Shown here: in pieces, positions 1-7,361 of the stretch | Layout: every line of letters begins with the position of its first letter | How positions within the stretch are numbered: position 1 is the first letter of the stretch | Source: Pseudobdellovibrionaceae bacterium | GTDB lineage: Bacteria; Bdellovibrionota; Bdellovibrionia; Bdellovibrionales; Bdellovibrionaceae | Direction: 5' to 3' | Length of the DNA: 16,629 nt | NCBI GenBank assembly: GCA_041288045.1 | Contig: JBGGMM010000074.1 | Location: 1 to 16,629, forward strand | Position numbers and translations under genes: made by a program | The notes under the pieces: model-generated | Seen by the model: the letters and a program-made list of their open reading frames with translations, nothing else | What the model was told of the DNA's origin: nothing | The model's database searches: none

Positions 1-1448
1 AGACCAAGGCCCGTCCCTTTGGGCTTCGTCGTGTGAAAAGGTTCAAAAATTCTCTTCTGTGCTTCGGCTGTCATTCCACAGCCAGTGTCTTTCACTTTGA
101 CCAGCAAGCGGTCATTTTGAAGTTCCGAACGAACACTGAGCTTGGGCGCTTTGGATTTTTCCATGGCTTGAACTGAATTGATGATGATATTCAAGAAAGC
201 CTGCTTCAGTTTATCCTTATGTCCCAAAATTTGGGCTCCGGAAAGAAATTGGGTCTCAATCAAAATCTCTTGGCTTGAGCTGTTTTTGGCATTTTCAATC
301 ACTTCTTTGAGGACTGGATTTAAATCCACCCAATCACCGGGCGGCTTTTCCGGCTTTGCAAAATCCAAAAATTCGGAGATCAAACGATTCAAGCGATCGA
401 TTTCTTTCAGAATGATTTTGGCGAGCTTCTTGTCATCGTCGGTGTGAAAATTTTGCGATAAAAGCTCCACGCTGCCACTGATTCCAGCCAGTGGATTTCT
501 GATTTCATGAGCAATACCTGCTGCCAACTGCCCGACAGCTGCCATTTTTTCTGATTGGCGAACGGCTGATTCCAGTCTCCGCATTTCAGTCAAATCCTCG
601 ATGACGACTAAAAAAGTGGGAGTTTCAAAATTTGAAACCTGCGGCAGAACGTGAACACTCAGAAGATGCATTTCAGAGTCCGGCATCCAGCGGATTTCAT
701 GCTTTTCCCCGGCTTGCAGATGAGCGAGGCTGGCCACCCGACTGCCTAAATCTGGTAGCAAATCAAAAAGCCGAACACTTTCTAATTTTTCAGTCTGAAA
801 AAGTTTTGCGGCTCCAGGATTGAATTGCAAAATTTCACTCAGTGAATTGATGGTGAAAAGAGCCGATGGAATGGTTTCCACAATCATTTCATTCAAGCGA
901 CGAATGACCTGCAAGGAAAGATTTTGAGCTTCAATTTTTTGCGCAAAGAAATTCAACTGAGTGCTCAGATAGCCTGAAATTCCGGCGACCACAAAGAATG
1001 CGATGTTATTCAAGATCAAAATAAAAAGAAAGGACATGGCCTTCAGATCGGGACCAAACCAAGAAGCCACTGTGAAACCAATAGAAGCAAAGGCAGCCAT
1101 CAAAAGCGCGCCCCGAGTCTCGAAAATCAGAGCTGAAAGAATGATCGTGACCAAATAAAGAAACAGAAAAAGAGTCTGATTCAAAGCACTGGTCAGCATC
1201 AAAAGAGAGATCAAGAGAATATCAAGAACGAAGGTGAAAAAAACCAATGGCCTTTTTTGAAAAAATCGATCCAGACTGAAAATCGGCAGCAACTGAATCG
1301 ACAATCCAAAAATGGCGATACCGTAAAAATTCAAAAACAAGGACCAATTGAAAAAATTGGCTTGAATCAAATGATTCAGGACAGTGAGAACCACAACCAG
1401 TCCATAAATCCCCAAGCGAGTGGATTGAATGAGCAGGCGATGGTTCAT
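1..1448 (-). CDS. pilS: PilS-type two-component sensor histidine kinase (membrane N-terminus, PAS-like, HisKA, HATPase); 3' end beyond window
   Basis: Absent from the ORF track because it is truncated. Manual translation from ATG at 1448 (MNHRLLIQSTRLGIYGLVVVLTV...) gives several hydrophobic segments, PAS-like EMIVETIPSALFTIN...FNPGAAK, H-box EKMAAVGQLAAGIAHEIRNPL (His codon 509-507, in frame), N-box KQAFLNIIINSVQAM, G1 VKDTGCGM and F/G2 FEPFHTTKPKGTGLG. It lies directly downstream of pilC, as in pilB-pilT-pilC-pilS-pilR clusters. Confidence 0.88.
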   Translation of the reverse strand, partial: MNHRLLIQSTRLGIYGLVVVLTVLNHLIQANFFNWSLFLNFYGIAIFGLSIQLLPIFSLDRFFQKRPLVFFTFVLDILLISLLMLTSALNQTLFLFLYLVTIILSALIFETRGALLMAAFASIGFTVASWFGPDLKAMSFLFILILNNIAFFVVAGISGYLSTQLNFFAQKIEAQNLSLQVIRRLNEMIVETIPSALFTINSLSEILQFNPGAAKLFQTEKLESVRLFDLLPDLGSRVASLAHLQAGEKHEIRWMPDSEMHLLSVHVLPQVSNFETPTFLVVIEDLTEMRRLESAVRQSEKMAAVGQLAAGIAHEIRNPLAGISGSVELLSQNFHTDDDKKLAKIILKEIDRLNRLISEFLDFAKPEKPPGDWVDLNPVLKEVIENAKNSSSQEILIETQFLSGAQILGHKDKLKQAFLNIIINSVQAMEKSKAPKLSVRSELQNDRLLVKVKDTGCGMTAEAQKRIFEPFHTTKPKGTGLG

Positions 1449-1454
1449 TTCGAT

Positions 1455-2684
1455 TTATCCCCCACCGACGACATTGGCCATATCGAAAATTGGCAGATAC
1501 ATCGCCAGGACGAGAATCCCGATCACACCACCGAGAATCACCATCAAAAGTGGCTCGATCAAAGAGGTCAGACCCTTCACTGCATTCTCGACGTCATCTT
1601 CGTAGAAATCGGCAATTTTTCCAAGCATGGTATCCAAAGTACCCGAAGACTCTCCAATCGCAATCATTTGCGACACCATATCCGGAATCAAGGGCTCTTT
1701 TGCCAAAGGCGCCGCCAAGGGCTTTCCTTGCATCACTGATTCTTTGCTGCGCAGAAGCGCTTCTTCAATCACCACATTCCCGGCTGTTCGTGAAGCGATA
1801 TCCAAGGCTTCCATCACGCTCACACCGGAGGACAAAAGAGTCGACAAGGTTCTGGCCAGTTTTGCCACTGCCGATTTTTGAATCAATTCTCCAAAACCAG
1901 GCAGGCGAATGGCAATTCGATCGACTGTTTGTTTTCCTTCAGGAGTTTCATGCCAAGACATCAGAGCCCAGGGTGTTCCAACCAGGACCGCAATGACCAA
2001 GTACCAACGGTCGATGAAAATCTTTGAAAGACTGACGACGACTTTGGTGATTGCCGGCAGGTCCCTTCCAGCGCTTGCGAACATATCTTGAAATTTCGGA
2101 ATCACGAAAATCAAGATTCCAGAAATCACCACAGCCGAAACGACAATGATTCCGGCAGGCATGACCAAAGCACTTTTGACTTGTTTCTTAATTTTCTCTG
2201 ATTTTTCCATGTAGGTCGAAAGACGCAGCAAAATACCATCAAGGATACCCGCCTCTTCTCCAGCTCGCACCATGTTCACAAAGAAGCGGTCAAAGACATG
2301 ACCTTGAGAGGCCATGGCATCTCCCAAACGTTTCCCTGCCTCAATCGCCACACGAACATTGACAGCGGCTTCTTTCAAAGTGGGATTTCTTTTCCCTTCG
2401 GAAAGCAGTTTCAAGCAATCCACGACTGGGATACCGGCATTGATCAATGTTGAAAATTGCCGAGTGAAAATCTGAAGATCTTTCGAAGAGACTTTATTTC
2501 CCCAGCCACCAAATTTCAAAGGCGGTCCTGAGGATTTTCCGGATTGAGGCGCTGCCAGGACTTTCAAAGGGACTAATCTCTGATTTCGCAATTTGGTGCG
2601 AACATCGGCTTCATCGATGCCTTCAAGCTGACCCATCTGGATCTTACCAGCTGCGTTTTTGGCCTGAAATAGATAACGTCCCAC
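1455..2684 (-). CDS. pilC: Type IV pilus inner-membrane platform protein PilC (GspF family)
   Basis: Motifs FTRQFSTLINAGIP, VNMVRAGEEAGILD, MIAIGESSGTLDTML, LIEPLLMVILG and AMYLPIFDM. GTG start preceded by SD-like AGAGGAG. Confidence 0.95.
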   Translation of the reverse strand: MGRYLFQAKNAAGKIQMGQLEGIDEADVRTKLRNQRLVPLKVLAAPQSGKSSGPPLKFGGWGNKVSSKDLQIFTRQFSTLINAGIPVVDCLKLLSEGKRNPTLKEAAVNVRVAIEAGKRLGDAMASQGHVFDRFFVNMVRAGEEAGILDGILLRLSTYMEKSEKIKKQVKSALVMPAGIIVVSAVVISGILIFVIPKFQDMFASAGRDLPAITKVVVSLSKIFIDRWYLVIAVLVGTPWALMSWHETPEGKQTVDRIAIRLPGFGELIQKSAVAKLARTLSTLLSSGVSVMEALDIASRTAGNVVIEEALLRSKESVMQGKPLAAPLAKEPLIPDMVSQMIAIGESSGTLDTMLGKIADFYEDDVENAVKGLTSLIEPLLMVILGGVIGILVLAMYLPIFDMANVVGGG

Positions 2685-2699
2685 AGAGTTACTCCTCTG

Positions 2700-3725
2700 T
2701 TAAATTCCGACTTTTTTCAAAAGACTGTCGAGCTCTTCAGGCAAGGGGCTTGCCTCAAAAGCTGTTTTCATTTCAATTTTACGCTTCATCAACAACTGAA
2801 ACAGAGTTTGATTGAGCGAGCGCATTCCTGATTTTTCCGCGGAAGACCTCATCAAATCAGGAATGGACTCAAAATTCTGTTTCGTCAGGGCATTGAGAAC
2901 TTCAGAGTCTGCGAACAGCAACTCAAAGGCACCCTGCAAAGGAGCTTCGATTCCGGGCAGAAGCCGCAGCCCCAATCCCATTTGTAAAGTCCCACCCAGA
3001 CGGCGGGCTCGGCTCTGTTCGGATCCCTCACAGAGATCCAGCATTCTTTGCAGGCCCATTTTCAAATTCCAAAAGGGCAAAGTCAGTAAAACGGATCGTC
3101 CTTCTTCAGCCAGGCGAAGTGCTTTCTCGCAGAAAATAGTTTCTGGTGAATCGATGATGATCAGATCTGCACTTTGTGGAATGGCTCCTGATTTCAGCTG
3201 CTGAGAAGGATAATGAGATAGAACATTTCCGTCGCTGGCGAAATTTAAATTCTCTTCATCAGAAAAAATGGCAATGATTTTTTTTCGTCCCTGACTGGCC
3301 GCCAGAAGACTCTGCACAGCGGCGGTTTTTCCTGAGCGTCGAGGCCCAACGATCAGGTTCAAACCCTGAGCCCGAAGCACCGATTCGCTGGCCATGGCAG
3401 GAAACGCCCAGAGCTGAGCATTTTCGTTTTGCAGAACCATGGACCCATTCACACCGTCAAAATCAATTTGAAAATCAAATTTAAAAGAGACATCCCCGAT
3501 TTTTTTAACGCCTTGAAGCTTGAAATTCTCGTACAATGATTTTTTCTCGTCCTCAGTCAAAATTTGCGAAAGCATCTGTCTGATTTCATTGGCTGAAATT
3601 TGCCCATCAGTGATGGGCAAAAGGTCTTTCCCCACACGAAGGCGAATGGGCTGAAGGCTATTGAGCAAAATCTCTTGCCCTTTTCGATCCACTGCCATTT
3701 CTAAGCATTTTTGAATGGGATTCAT
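2700..3725 (-). CDS. pilT: PilT-like retraction ATPase homolog with degenerate catalytic motifs
   Basis: 341 aa, located between pilB and pilC. Walker A-like GLNLIVGPRRSGKT and PilT-like C-terminus GMRSLNQTLFQLL are present; Asp box, Walker B and His box are degenerate. Confidence 0.75.
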   Translation of the reverse strand: MNPIQKCLEMAVDRKGQEILLNSLQPIRLRVGKDLLPITDGQISANEIRQMLSQILTEDEKKSLYENFKLQGVKKIGDVSFKFDFQIDFDGVNGSMVLQNENAQLWAFPAMASESVLRAQGLNLIVGPRRSGKTAAVQSLLAASQGRKKIIAIFSDEENLNFASDGNVLSHYPSQQLKSGAIPQSADLIIIDSPETIFCEKALRLAEEGRSVLLTLPFWNLKMGLQRMLDLCEGSEQSRARRLGGTLQMGLGLRLLPGIEAPLQGAFELLFADSEVLNALTKQNFESIPDLMRSSAEKSGMRSLNQTLFQLLMKRKIEMKTAFEASPLPEELDSLLKKVGI

Positions 3726-5420
3726 TTAAGTGTCCTTCACTGAGGCGTTGAGAACTTCCTCAATCGTTGTTTGTCCACGTTTCAATTTTAAAAGTGCACT
3801 TCGACGCAAAGTTCGCATTCCCTCTTGCCGAGCCATGATCCGAAGGGACTCAGAACTGGCGCCTTTCAAAATGGCCTCGCGAATTTTTGTCGACATTTCC
3901 ATCAACTCAAAAATGGCGATTCGGCCCTTGATGCCGACACCGTTGCAAGTTGGGCATCCTTTGCCTTTGAATAATTGATACTCTTTCACTTCTTTTTCCT
4001 CGACTCCAATGTCAATCAGCGTCTGGGCTGAAACTTCAATCGGGTGCTTGCAGTTTTCGCAGATTTTCCCCACAAGTCGTTGCGCCACGATCAAATTCAA
4101 AGTGGATGTGACGATATAGGGAGCAACTCCCATCTCTGTCAGACGAACAACAGTTTGAGGCGCATCGTTGGTGTGCAAAGTGCTGACAACCAAGTGACCC
4201 GTACTGGCTGCTTTCATGGCAATTTCAGCGGTTTCAAGATCTCGAATCTCTCCCACCATGATGACATCCGGATCTTGCCGAAGAAAGCTTTTCAGAGCGC
4301 TCGCAAAAGTCAGATCAATATCGGGATTCATCTGAACCTGATTGATGCCCTCTAAGTTAAATTCCACTGGGTCTTCAGCTGTTGAAATATTCACGTCCGG
4401 CTTGTTGAGCTCAGCAAGCGCCGAATAAATCGTCGTCGTTTTTCCCGATCCAGTGGGACCGGTGATGAGAAGCAGCCCCTGAGGCAGATCGATATTTTCT
4501 TTAAAAATCGCCAGATCCTCTGGTTCAAAGCCAAGCTTTGTCATATCCAACTGCAAATTGGATTTATCCAAAAGACGCAAGACCACTTTTTCTCCCCAGA
4601 TTGTCGGCAGCACGCTCACACGAAAATCCATGGATTTGCCACCTTTGAGCGGCAATTTGATACGCCCGTCTTGCGGTCTTCTTTTTTCAGCAATATCCAG
4701 CTTGGACATGATTTTGATACGACTGGAAATTGCTGCAGCCGATGCCGGCGACTGACTGGCAGCTTCGACCATCGAACCATCCACACGGTAACGAACTCTG
4801 AATTTTCGTTCATAGGGTTCAAAGTGAATATCGGAAACTCTTTTTTTAATCGCATCCTGAAGAATTGCGTTGACGAATTTAATCAGCGGACTGCTTTCTT
4901 CTTCCGCCGCCATGTTGGCAAAATCGATGGCTTCAGCGTCGCCAGTCTCCCCTTCACCCTGATCGATTTCTTTACCCAGAGCGGAGACGTTTCCGCCATA
5001 GTACTTTTCGATCGCCATTTGAATGCCAAGCTCCGTTCCGACAACGGCTTGAATTTTACAGCGAGTGATAAAGCGCAAATCATCGCGCACGGCCGTATTT
5101 GTGGGATCCGAAAAGGCCACAACCAGAGTGCTTGTTCCGACTTTTTGAACAGGAATCAAAGCGTACTTTTCACAAACTTCTTTGGGCACCATTTGAATTG
5201 CCGCAGACTGAATTTGAAACGAGTTCAAATCCACACCTGAAATCTGGAAAATTTGCTCGAGGGCTTTCAACAGGTGGGCATCTTTGATCAGTCCCAACTG
5301 CACGAGCACAGCGCCTAATTTTCCGCCCGATTTTTTTTGCTCCTCAAGGGCTCGGGACATCTGTTCTGGACGAATCAGCCCCTGCTTGACTAGCAACTCC
5401 CCGAGCTTAATGCCCGCCAT
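3726..5420 (-). CDS. pilB: Type IV pilus extension ATPase PilB with N-terminal MshEN domain
   Basis: SDIHFEP, RRPQDGRI, Walker A GPTGSGKTTT, Asp box TAEDPVE, LRQDPDVIMVGEIRD, His box TGHLVVSTLHTND, Zn motif CENC...CPTC. Start moved from the track's 5441 to ATG 5420, which has SD-like GGAGGG upstream. Confidence 0.96.
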   Translation of the reverse strand: MAGIKLGELLVKQGLIRPEQMSRALEEQKKSGGKLGAVLVQLGLIKDAHLLKALEQIFQISGVDLNSFQIQSAAIQMVPKEVCEKYALIPVQKVGTSTLVVAFSDPTNTAVRDDLRFITRCKIQAVVGTELGIQMAIEKYYGGNVSALGKEIDQGEGETGDAEAIDFANMAAEEESSPLIKFVNAILQDAIKKRVSDIHFEPYERKFRVRYRVDGSMVEAASQSPASAAAISSRIKIMSKLDIAEKRRPQDGRIKLPLKGGKSMDFRVSVLPTIWGEKVVLRLLDKSNLQLDMTKLGFEPEDLAIFKENIDLPQGLLLITGPTGSGKTTTIYSALAELNKPDVNISTAEDPVEFNLEGINQVQMNPDIDLTFASALKSFLRQDPDVIMVGEIRDLETAEIAMKAASTGHLVVSTLHTNDAPQTVVRLTEMGVAPYIVTSTLNLIVAQRLVGKICENCKHPIEVSAQTLIDIGVEEKEVKEYQLFKGKGCPTCNGVGIKGRIAIFELMEMSTKIREAILKGASSESLRIMARQEGMRTLRRSALLKLKRGQTTIEEVLNASVKDT

Positions 5421-5452
5421 CTCAACCCTCCGTGGTAGCAAGAGCTTTTATT

Positions 5453-5478
5453 TTATCGGGCTGTGACTTTTTTTGTTA
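5453..5478 (-). promoter_or_regulatory. Possible sigma28 (FliA)-type promoter upstream of pilB
   Basis: Minus strand reads TAAC-N14-CCCGATAA against consensus TAAA-N15-GCCGATAA. The -10 matches 7/8; the -35 and spacing are imperfect. Confidence 0.3.
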
Positions 5479-5484
5479 CTGGAC

Positions 5485-6336
5485 CTACGTCTGTTTTAAC
5501 GTCGAAAGAAACTTTTTCCACTCTTCAAGATAGTTGGATTCATGACCACTCCATGGGCTCGGCATTTCTCCCGCTAGAAGCGAGCTGAGAAAGAGCCAAT
5601 CTCGCATCCCCCAGATTTCCTGACCTGCCAAGTAGCGAACACCGACGTGATCGGCTTCTTCCAAAAGTGGATTTGATTGCAAGGACAAGGGCAGATCCAC
5701 CACCAATCCTTCTTTTTTCAGAAAATTCAAATAAGTGAGGTCATCAAAGATTGTTCCACCTTCCTCAGGGGTGAGAGTGTTGAGAAGCAAAGAGCCGTTG
5801 CTTGGCTGAGAAGTGAGCTCAGTTTCACCGAGAATCTGAAATTTCAAATCAAAATACAGTCGAGAAAATTTTTGCACATTCGCGAGCGCCTCTTCGCTCT
5901 GACTTGTGATCATCACAATCCGGCGAAAGCCCATTTGAATGGCCACTGCCGCGCACATTCGCGACCAAGCTCCAGAGCCAGTCACATAACATGTCGAATG
6001 AGTGTCCAGTCCGGGAGCTTTTTTTAAAATGAGCCGCTTGAGCGCTTCTTTTAAGAAACATCGAAGCCAAACTTTTTTCTGCTCGCGCAAAAGACAATCG
6101 GCGAACTGCACTTCGACCACTTCGGCCGGGATTCGTTGGGCTTTTGCAAACAAAGTATCAGAAGCTTCCTGCGAAAGCAGAAGGGCATCACAGGGAAGTT
6201 CAACGAGAATTTTTTCCGGATCTGACAGTTCATCTCCTGCCAATTGTTGCCACTCCAGTGGAAGAGAGAGCTTCTCGAGCCAAAATGTCTTTCTGATCTC
6301 TTCCATTTGTCCAGAGAGATCTCGAATGGATTTCAT
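5485..6336 (-). CDS. Shikimate dehydrogenase (AroE)-like protein with degenerate active site
   Basis: Size about 283 aa. Rossmann-like CYVTGSGAWSRMCAAVAIQMG, LLLNTLTP, LVVDLPL, NPLLEEA...G and LAGQEIW follow the order of AroE C-terminal motifs. Likely start is ATG 6336, in an ATGA overlap with the ribF stop and with GGAG upstream. Confidence 0.65.
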   Translation of the reverse strand: MKSIRDLSGQMEEIRKTFWLEKLSLPLEWQQLAGDELSDPEKILVELPCDALLLSQEASDTLFAKAQRIPAEVVEVQFADCLLREQKKVWLRCFLKEALKRLILKKAPGLDTHSTCYVTGSGAWSRMCAAVAIQMGFRRIVMITSQSEEALANVQKFSRLYFDLKFQILGETELTSQPSNGSLLLNTLTPEEGGTIFDDLTYLNFLKKEGLVVDLPLSLQSNPLLEEADHVGVRYLAGQEIWGMRDWLFLSSLLAGEMPSPWSGHESNYLEEWKKFLSTLKQT

Positions 6337-7286
6337 TTTCCGCTCCACTTTCGGGCTTTTTCTGCGTCTTGTGCGATTTGATTTTTCAGCTCTTCAAGTG
6401 AAGGAAACTTTCTTTCTTCGCGCAAATAATCGCAGAGCTCCACTTTCAAAGTTTGACCATAGAGCTCTTGAGAAAAATCCAGAATATGGACTTCGGCTTT
6501 GATCGGCTGATGATCCCCTTCAACGAAGGTTCGATTCATTCCCACATTCATCACAGCTCGCAATTTTTTTGCTGGCTCTTCCTGACGAATGACTTCACAA
6601 ATATAAACTCCCATGCGCGGAAAAAAATCGACATCTGGTTTGATGTTCGCTGTCGGAAAGCCCAGGGAACGACCGCGCTTAGCGCCCTTCTCCACCACAC
6701 CTTTCAGATAATAGCGTCGTCCCAACATCTTTTCCGCCATTTGCGGCTCACCAGCCAAAAGGTGCTGACGAATTTTTGAAGTGGAAACGATTTGGCCGTC
6801 GACTTGAAAGGCAGGAACTTTTTGAAGCTGAATTTTTCTCTTTTCACAAAAGGCAGCTAGCAGATCCATATGTCCCTGCCGATGAGCTCCGAATTGAAAG
6901 TCGTGTCCCACCGCCAGAAATTTGGGTTGAAAATATTTCAGGATGTAATCCTCCAAAAAATCAGGCGCTGAAATCTCAGAAAATTCCCTTGAAAAGGGCT
7001 GCCTTAAAATTCCTTGAAGCCCCCGTTTTTTGAGCTCCTCCTGCTGATCTTCCAATGTAAAAAGGCGGACGTGCTTCTTCTCAGGAGTCAAAATCTGCGC
7101 TGGATGCGGGTGAAAGGTCATTAAAATCGAAAGGCCTTGTCGGCGCTCGGCATCTGCAACCACAGCTTTGAGAAGTTCCTGATGTCCACGGTGAACACCA
7201 TCGAAATTTCCGATTGTGAGACTCACTGGCTTTTGAATTTTCAGCCGCGCTTCTCGCCACAGCTCGGGATCCCACCACACTTCCAT
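6333..7286 (-). CDS. ribF: Bifunctional riboflavin kinase / FAD synthetase
   Basis: TIGNFDGVHRGHQ, TFHPHP, VGHDFQFG, VSTSKIR, GRSLGFPTAN, EVHILDF, LREERKF. Start moved to ATG 7286, since the track's 7334 TTG start falls inside the divergent promoter region. Confidence 0.96.
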   Translation of the reverse strand: MEVWWDPELWREARLKIQKPVSLTIGNFDGVHRGHQELLKAVVADAERRQGLSILMTFHPHPAQILTPEKKHVRLFTLEDQQEELKKRGLQGILRQPFSREFSEISAPDFLEDYILKYFQPKFLAVGHDFQFGAHRQGHMDLLAAFCEKRKIQLQKVPAFQVDGQIVSTSKIRQHLLAGEPQMAEKMLGRRYYLKGVVEKGAKRGRSLGFPTANIKPDVDFFPRMGVYICEVIRQEEPAKKLRAVMNVGMNRTFVEGDHQPIKAEVHILDFSQELYGQTLKVELCDYLREERKFPSLEELKNQIAQDAEKARKWSGK

Positions 7287-7292
7287 AAACCC

Positions 7293-7298
7293 ATGATA
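7293..7298 (-). promoter_or_regulatory. Putative sigma70 -10 (TATCAT) for ribF, leaderless geometry
   Basis: Minus strand TATCAT-GGGTTT-ATG: six nt between the hexamer and the start codon, with no clear SD. Confidence 0.45.
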
Positions 7299-7322
7299 AC
7301 TGAGGGGGAATTCCAAAAGAAC

Positions 7323-7350
7323 TTGAAATTTCAAAGACCTTTGCTATGGT
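7323..7350 (+). promoter_or_regulatory. Putative sigma70 promoter for the kinase/regulator operon
   Basis: TTGAAA (7323-7328), 16-nt spacer, TATGGT (7345-7350) preceded by an extended -10 TGn. The -35 lies within the perfect palindrome TTGAAATTTCAA (7323-7334). Confidence 0.5.
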
Positions 7351-7361
7351 GCATTACCCGC

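Noticed and set aside
2700..3725. Calling the pilT-like (or AroE-like) gene a pseudogene
   Set aside because: There are no stops, frameshifts or truncations, and lengths and operon packing are preserved, so both are kept as CDS.
7137..7361. 75-aa N-terminal extension of the kinase, and ribF extension to 7334, as given by the ORF track
   Set aside because: These would create a head-to-head overlap of the two genes and cover the promoter-like elements; downstream ATGs give typical protein starts.
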